Part shown: one piece after another, positions 40,450 to 45,432 of the stretch
Position numbering within the stretch: position 1 is the stretch's first letter
Layout: every line of letters starts with the position of its first letter
Assembly (NCBI GenBank): GCA_037968375.1
Contig: JBBKVJ010000142.1
Coordinates: 1-45,432, forward strand
Direction of reading: 5' to 3'
Length of the DNA: 45,432 nt
Source: Paracoccaceae bacterium
GTDB taxonomy: Bacteria > Pseudomonadota > Alphaproteobacteria > Rhodobacterales > Rhodobacteraceae
Translations under genes and position numbers: made by a program
Notes under the pieces: generated by a model
What the model was told of the DNA's origin: nothing
The model's input: only the letters and a program-made list of their open reading frames with translations
Database searches by the model: none

Positions 40450-40965
40450 TGTCCATGCCCATTCAATTCAAATGCACGCTCGCACGATGGGGGTCCCGCC
40501 CCTCGATCGCACACGTTCATATCGCCCCGGGCAGAGTCGCAGACATCCGGCCCGCGATAACGAAAAGCTCCGGCCTTCGGGGAAATTGCCCCGCTGCCAG
40601 CAGACATTTCCGCAACCTGCGGTCTTCCAGACAGGAATCGATCTGACGGCTTCGGCATGGCAGGCCGAAGCGGCAGCAGACTCGGGCGCTGATCTGGCAA
40701 GGGCCGTTTCAACGCACCGAAAGCACGAACAAATCTTCAAACAGCGTCCCGCACAGCGTCTGGTTCTTGCGCCAGACCGCAGGCCATCAGCCCGTGCCTA
40801 ATCCTCTGTCCCCCCAAGGCGACGTGAATCGCATCGGCAAGCTAGCAAGGGCTTTCAGGGCATCGCAACAGAACTTCGCGCTTGACTCAAAGATAGACGG
40901 AACGAATCCCGAAAGCCTGTGCAAGGCGGCATCACTCGGGTCAGATTGACCCCGATCCGTTAACG

Positions 40966-40990
40966 AAAAACGCCGCCCACCGGGCGGCGT
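40966..40990 (-). terminator. Rho-independent terminator of rpsT
   Basis: 9-bp stem ACGCCGCCC/GGGCGGCGT with a 3-nt loop. On the minus strand it is followed by TTTTT (plus-strand AAAAA at 40966-40970), 24 nt after the rpsT stop. Confidence 0.8.
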
Positions 40991-41013
40991 CTGGACGGCA
41001 ATGGCGACCTTGA

Positions 41014-41280
41014 TCAGGCGCCAAGCGCTTTCACGCGCGACGACAGGCGCGAGATCTTGCGCGCGGCGGTGTTCTTGTGAACCACGCCTTTGGTAACGCC
41101 GCGCATCAGTTCGGGCTGGGCCGCTTTCAGCGCCTCGGCGGCGACTTTCTGGTCGCCCGAAGCCAGCGCTTCCTCGACCTTGCGCAGATGCGTGCGGATG
41201 CGCGAGCGGCGTGCCTTGTTGATGTCGGTCCGACGCTCAAGCTGGCGGGCGCGTTTCTTGGAAGAGGGGGTATTGGCCAT
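41014..41280 (-). CDS. rpsT: 30S ribosomal protein S20
   Basis: 88 aa. [30 protein letters not shown]... is a canonical S20 sequence. Confidence 0.96.
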   Translation of the reverse strand: MANTPSSKKRARQLERRTDINKARRSRIRTHLRKVEEALASGDQKVAAEALKAAQPELMRGVTKGVVHKNTAARKISRLSSRVKALGA

Positions 41281-41424
41281 CTGGTATTCTGCTTTCCGGG
41301 TCTGTCAATTTCGTTCGCACATGAAGACCCGGGCAGTGCCGGATGGATCTGGCCAAAGCGGGCCTCACGCGCATGTCGCCGTGGCCTATAGGCCAACCGC
41401 GCGGCAAAGGGAAGAAGGAAAGTT

Positions 41425-42201
41425 TCAGCGGTCGCGGAATTGCGCCTCGCGCTTTTCGAGGAAGGCGGCCATGCCTTCCTTCTGGTCCTCGCTGGCGAAC
41501 AGCGCGTGAAACAGCCGTCGCTCGAACAACAGGCCCTCGGCCAGCGTCGTCTCGTAGCTGCGGTTCACCGCCTCTTTCACCGCCATCGCCGTCAGCGTCG
41601 ATTTCTCGGCGATCTTCTGCGCCGCCGACATCGCCTCTTCCATCAGCTTTTTCGCAGGCACCACACGGCTGACAAGGCCCGAGCGTTCCGCCTCGGCCGC
41701 ATCCATGAAGCGGCCCGTCAGGTTCATCTCCATGGCCTTCGACTTGCCGACAAAGCGCGTCAGGCGCTGCGATCCGCCCATCCCCGCCATGGTGCCGAGG
41801 TTGATCTCGGGTTGGCCGAACTTGGCGGTGTCGGCGGCGATGATGAAGTCGCACATCATCGCCAGTTCGCAGCCGCCGCCCAGTGCATAGCCCGCGACGG
41901 CGGCGATGATCGGCTTGCGGCAGCGTAACAAACGCTCGCTTTCATCGCTGAAAAGGTTTTGGGTAAAGGCCTCGACAAACGTCTTTTCCGCCATTTCCTT
42001 GACATCGGCGCCGGCAGCAAAGGCCTTTTCCGATCCGGTCAGGACGATGCAGCGGACCTTGTCGTTGGCATCGGCGGCTTTCACGGCCTCGGACAATTCG
42101 CCCAGAAGCTCGGTGTTCAGCGCATTCATCGCATCGGGGCGGTTCAGCCGGATCAGCGCCACACTGTCTTCGATCTCGACCACGATCGTCTTGTAGGCCA
42201 T
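41425..42201 (-). CDS. Enoyl-CoA hydratase/isomerase (crotonase) family protein
   Basis: The ATG at 42201 gives [29 protein letters not shown].... The protein also has [16 protein letters not shown] and [15 protein letters not shown] and is 258 aa. Confidence 0.9.
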   Translation of the reverse strand: MAYKTIVVEIEDSVALIRLNRPDAMNALNTELLGELSEAVKAADANDKVRCIVLTGSEKAFAAGADVKEMAEKTFVEAFTQNLFSDESERLLRCRKPIIAAVAGYALGGGCELAMMCDFIIAADTAKFGQPEINLGTMAGMGGSQRLTRFVGKSKAMEMNLTGRFMDAAEAERSGLVSRVVPAKKLMEEAMSAAQKIAEKSTLTAMAVKEAVNRSYETTLAEGLLFERRLFHALFASEDQKEGMAAFLEKREAQFRDR

Positions 42202-42263
42202 CGCGCATTTCCCCCGGCTGCGAACAGGGGCCAACTCCTACCAGCCCCGGCGCGGCGATCAAG

Positions 42264-43115
42264 CTATCTTTGGCAGACGGGGCAGTAGAAAGACGAGCGC
42301 CCCGATTGCACGATCCGCCCGATTATGCCGGTGCAGCCGGGGGTTGGGCAGTTCGCGCCTTCACGGTCGTAGACGCGGAAATTGTGCTGGAAATAGCCCA
42401 GTTCGCCGTCGGGCTGCCGGTGATCGCGCAACGACGATCCGCCGGCCTCGATGGCTTCGGCCAGAACCTCACGGATGATCGGCACCAGCCCCGCCACCCG
42501 TGGCGCCGCGATCCGGCCCGCGCGGCGGCGCGGCGAGATACCGGCGCGGTGCAGAACCTCGCTGACATAGATATTGCCAAGCCCCGCGACGATTCTCTGA
42601 TCCAGTAGTGCGGATTTGATCGGCACCACCCGCCCCCGGAGGCGCCCGACAAGGTAATCCTCATGAAAGGCGTTGCCGAAGGGCTCGGGCCCCAGTCCGG
42701 CCAGCAGCCAGTGATCCTCGGCGCGAGCTGTCTCGATCAGGTCCATCGCCCCGAACCGGCGCGCATCGTTGAAGGTGACGCGCCCGCCGCCTGACATGTC
42801 CAGTACCACATGGTCATGCTTTTCCGGCGCCGGATGGTCGTGATGGAACTGGCCCAGCATCGCGCCCGAGACCAGCATCCGGCCCGACATGCCCAGATGG
42901 ATCAACAGGCTTTCGCCTGACGACAGATCGGCCAGGATGTATTTCGACCGCCGCCGCAGACGCTCGACCCGTTGACCGGTCAGCCGCGCGGCCATCCGGT
43001 CGGGAAACGGCCAGCGCAGGTCGGGCCGACGCACATCGGCGCTTGCAATCACCTGCCCTTCCATCACCGGCAACAGGCCACGGCGCACGGTTTCTACTTC
43101 GGGCAGTTCCGGCAC
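42264..43115 (-). CDS. mutM: Formamidopyrimidine-DNA glycosylase (Fpg/MutM)
   Basis: Only the C-terminal 283 codons of the 620-aa track ORF are Fpg. I chose the GTG at 43115 because it yields (M)[13 protein letters not shown] with the catalytic N-terminal Pro. The ATG two codons upstream would give [10 protein letters not shown]. The zinc finger at the C-terminus reads CPTPGC...FYCPVCQ. Confidence 0.88.
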   Translation of the reverse strand: MPELPEVETVRRGLLPVMEGQVIASADVRRPDLRWPFPDRMAARLTGQRVERLRRRSKYILADLSSGESLLIHLGMSGRMLVSGAMLGQFHHDHPAPEKHDHVVLDMSGGGRVTFNDARRFGAMDLIETARAEDHWLLAGLGPEPFGNAFHEDYLVGRLRGRVVPIKSALLDQRIVAGLGNIYVSEVLHRAGISPRRRAGRIAAPRVAGLVPIIREVLAEAIEAGGSSLRDHRQPDGELGYFQHNFRVYDREGANCPTPGCTGIIGRIVQSGRSSFYCPVCQR

Positions 43116-43202
43116 CGGCATCCCTCTGGTCGAGCGGGTCGCATTGTAACCCCTTGGAAGCGACCTATAAGAAGGGTGAGTTTGGCGGCGGCGGCAAGGG
43201 CC

Positions 43203-43955
43203 ATGACAGAAGAGAATCGCAAGACCACGCATTTCGGCTTTCAGGAGGTCGATGAGGGCGACAAGGCGGGCATGGTGCACGGCGTCTTTTCGCGTGTCGC
43301 CTCGCGTTATGACGTGATGAACGATCTGATGTCGGTCGGCATCCACCGGGTCTGGAAAGACGCGATGATGGATTGGCTGGCGCCGCGCGACGGGCAAAAG
43401 CTGTTGGATGTGGCGGGCGGCACCGGCGATATCGCGTTCCGTTTCCTGAAACGCGCGCCGGGGGCCCGGGCGACGGTGCTGGACATGACCGAGGGCATGC
43501 TGGTCGAGGGGCAGAAGCGCGCCGAGGCGGAGCGTTTGTCGGATCGGCTGGGGTGGGTGGTCGGCGATGCGATGGCCTTGCCGTTCGAGGCCGACACTTT
43601 CGACACCTACACGATTTCCTTCGGCATCCGGAATGTTACCCGGATCGGCGACGCGCTGGCCGAGGCCTACCGGGTTCTGAAACCCGGCGGGCGGCTGATG
43701 GTGCTGGAGTTTTCGCAGCTGCCGAATGCGGCGATGCAAAAGGCCTATGACCTTTATTCCTTCAACGTGATCCCGGCGCTGGGCCAGGTCGTGGCGGGCG
43801 ACCGCGACAGTTATCAATACCTGGTCGAATCGATCCGCAAGTTCCCCGATCAGGAGACCTTCGCCGGGATGATCCGGGATGCCGGGTTCGAGCAGGTCAA
43901 GTATCGCAACCTGACGATGGGTGTGGCGGCATTGCATTCCGGCTGGAAGCTTTGA
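43203..43955 (+). CDS. ubiE: Ubiquinone/menaquinone biosynthesis C-methyltransferase UbiE
   Basis: The ATG at 43203 gives [44 protein letters not shown].... The SAM motif is [10 protein letters not shown]. The protein is 250 aa. Confidence 0.93.
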   Translation: MTEENRKTTHFGFQEVDEGDKAGMVHGVFSRVASRYDVMNDLMSVGIHRVWKDAMMDWLAPRDGQKLLDVAGGTGDIAFRFLKRAPGARATVLDMTEGMLVEGQKRAEAERLSDRLGWVVGDAMALPFEADTFDTYTISFGIRNVTRIGDALAEAYRVLKPGGRLMVLEFSQLPNAAMQKAYDLYSFNVIPALGQVVAGDRDSYQYLVESIRKFPDQETFAGMIRDAGFEQVKYRNLTMGVAALHSGWKL

Positions 43956-43956
43956 C

Positions 43957-45432
43957 GTGAAGGGCCCGCACAACATCTGGCGGCTGATCCGCACTGGTGC
44001 GACGCTGGAGCGCACTGGTGCGATGCGGGTCGTCTTGGAGGCGCTTAACGCGCCGCCGATGCTCAGGGTTGCGGCGCGGACGCTGGGCTGGCCGTTCAAG
44101 TGGCTTGGGCTGAAGGGCGATCCCATGATGCCGCCCGCGACCCGCGCGCTGACCGCCCTCGGCCCGGCCTACATCAAGTTCGGCCAGGTTCTGTCGACGC
44201 GCCCCGATGTGGTGGGGGATGAGCTGGCCGTGCAGCTACGGGTTTTGCAAGACAAGCTGCCGCCGTTTCCGACGCCGATTGCCCGCGCGATGATCGAGGC
44301 GGAACTGGAACAGCCCGTGGATATCCTGTTCACCGAGTTCTCGGAACCCGTCGCCGCTGCCTCCATCGCGCAGGTGCATCGCGCGCGTCTGGCCGAGACA
44401 GGCGAGGACGTGGCGGTAAAGGTGCTGCGACCGAAGATCGAGCGCGCCTTTCGCAAGGATATCGACGCGTTCTATTTTGCCGCGTCGATGATCGAGCGCC
44501 TGTCGCCCGCGTCGCGGCGGTTGCGGCCGACCGAGGTGATCCGCCATTTCGAAGGCGTGGTGATGGGCGAATTGGACCTGCGGCTGGAAAGCTCGGCAGC
44601 GGCGGAGTTCGCCGCCAATACCGAGGGCGACGCGGGTTTTCACGTGCCAAGGCCGCACTGGTTCCTGTCGTCGCGCAACGTGATGACGCTGGGGTGGGCC
44701 GAGGGCATTCCCTTTGGCGAGGTCGAGGCGATCCGGGCAGCGGGGCATGACCTGACGGCGCTGAGCGAACGGGTGCTGACGCTGTTCCTCAGCCATGCTT
44801 TGCGCGACGGGTTTTTCCATGCCGACATGCATCAGGGCAACCTGAAGGTCGGCGCCGACGGCGATATCATCGCCTATGATTTCGGCATCATGGGGCGGCT
44901 GGATGAATATACCCGCCGGGTCTATGCCGAGATCCTGTTCGGGTTTATCCGCAAGGATTACCGGCGCGTCGCCGAGGTGCATTTCGAGGCGGGCTATGTG
45001 CCCGCCGACCGCGATGTGGATGAGTTTGCCCGGGCTTTGCGGGCAGTCGGCGAGCCGATCTTCGGCATGGATGCCACCCGGATTTCGATGGCGCGGCTAC
45101 TGGCCTACCTCTTCGAGGTGACTGAACGCTTTGGCATGGAAACCCGGACCGAACTGATCTTGTTGCAGCGCACAATGGTGGTGGTCGAGGGCGTGGCGCG
45201 GTCGCTGAACCCGACGATCAACATCTGGAAGGTCGCGCAGCCGATTGTCGAGGATTACATCCGCCAGAATATCGGCCCGCGGGCGCTGGCCCGCGATCTG
45301 GCCAAGACGGCACGGGTGCTGGCGCGGTTCGGGCCGAAGCTGCCGCAGCTGGCCGAGGCGGCGCTGATCCGGGGGGCGTCTTCACCCCTGCCGCCGCCGC
45401 GCCTGCCGAGGCGACATGCGGCTGGCTGGGCG
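43957..45432 (+). CDS. ubiB: Ubiquinone biosynthesis regulatory kinase-like protein UbiB (ABC1/ADCK family), 3' end beyond the window
   Basis: Not in the ORF track because it is open-ended. My hand translation from the GTG at 43957 gives 492 codons with no stop: ...[37 protein letters not shown]...ASIAQVHRA...VAVKVLRP...[12 protein letters not shown]...YDFGIMG. The start is 1 nt after the ubiE stop. Confidence 0.9.
   Translation, partial: MKGPHNIWRLIRTGATLERTGAMRVVLEALNAPPMLRVAARTLGWPFKWLGLKGDPMMPPATRALTALGPAYIKFGQVLSTRPDVVGDELAVQLRVLQDKLPPFPTPIARAMIEAELEQPVDILFTEFSEPVAAASIAQVHRARLAETGEDVAVKVLRPKIERAFRKDIDAFYFAASMIERLSPASRRLRPTEVIRHFEGVVMGELDLRLESSAAAEFAANTEGDAGFHVPRPHWFLSSRNVMTLGWAEGIPFGEVEAIRAAGHDLTALSERVLTLFLSHALRDGFFHADMHQGNLKVGADGDIIAYDFGIMGRLDEYTRRVYAEILFGFIRKDYRRVAEVHFEAGYVPADRDVDEFARALRAVGEPIFGMDATRISMARLLAYLFEVTERFGMETRTELILLQRTMVVVEGVARSLNPTINIWKVAQPIVEDYIRQNIGPRALARDLAKTARVLARFGPKLPQLAEAALIRGASSPLPPPRLPRRHAAGWA

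Noticed and set aside
40450-41013. oriC immediately upstream of dnaA, the classic gammaproteobacterial and Firmicute position
   Set aside because: The region is GC-rich, has no AT-rich unwinding element, and has no 9-mer within one mismatch of a DnaA box by eye. The hemJ-maf spacer is a much better candidate. I kept it only as a long-leader observation.
43116-44126. N-terminal 337 aa of the 620-aa minus-strand ORF 42264..44126
   Set aside because: Only the last 283 codons are Fpg. The upstream part is antisense to ubiE and ubiB, which have unmistakable signatures, and Fpg requires an N-terminal Met-Pro.

Overview
This is a 45.4-kb, high-GC, gene-dense piece of core chromosome with alphaproteobacterial, Rhodobacterales-like synteny. 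That placement is an inference from gene order and protein signatures; no search was possible. Gene order is: mnmE<-rho<-hemJ | AT-rich DnaA-box cluster | maf-aroE-coaE-dnaQ, secB, fxsA, Tim44-like, mltA, smr, DUF900-type hydrolase, yihY, yghZ-like reductase, tamA-tamB, di-haem peroxidase, pncA<-hybrid kinase<-pncB cluster, TroABCD-order metal ABC operon, glycerate kinase, BCCT transporter, then gyrB<-(small ORF, LysE, VOC)<-recF<-dnaN<-dnaA<-rpsT, enoyl-CoA hydratase, fpg, ubiE-ubiB. I found no rRNA, tRNA, CRISPR, transposase, integrase, phage or recognisable defence genes, and no compositional island. I do not see a convincing novel multigene system. The points worth a second look are: (1) three otherwise perfectly conserved genes (rho, tamA, gyrB) each carry one in-frame stop, one each of TAA, TGA and TAG, and two of these genes are essential; (2) a candidate oriC lies between hemJ and maf, about 38 kb from dnaA; (3) a roughly 68-bp repeat sits at the same distance behind two unrelated stop codons; (4) the metal-uptake operon has twin palindromic operators over its promoter, a strong internal hairpin, and a permease with a roughly 115-aa C-terminal extension. 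Most long ORFs antisense to real genes are high-GC artefacts.
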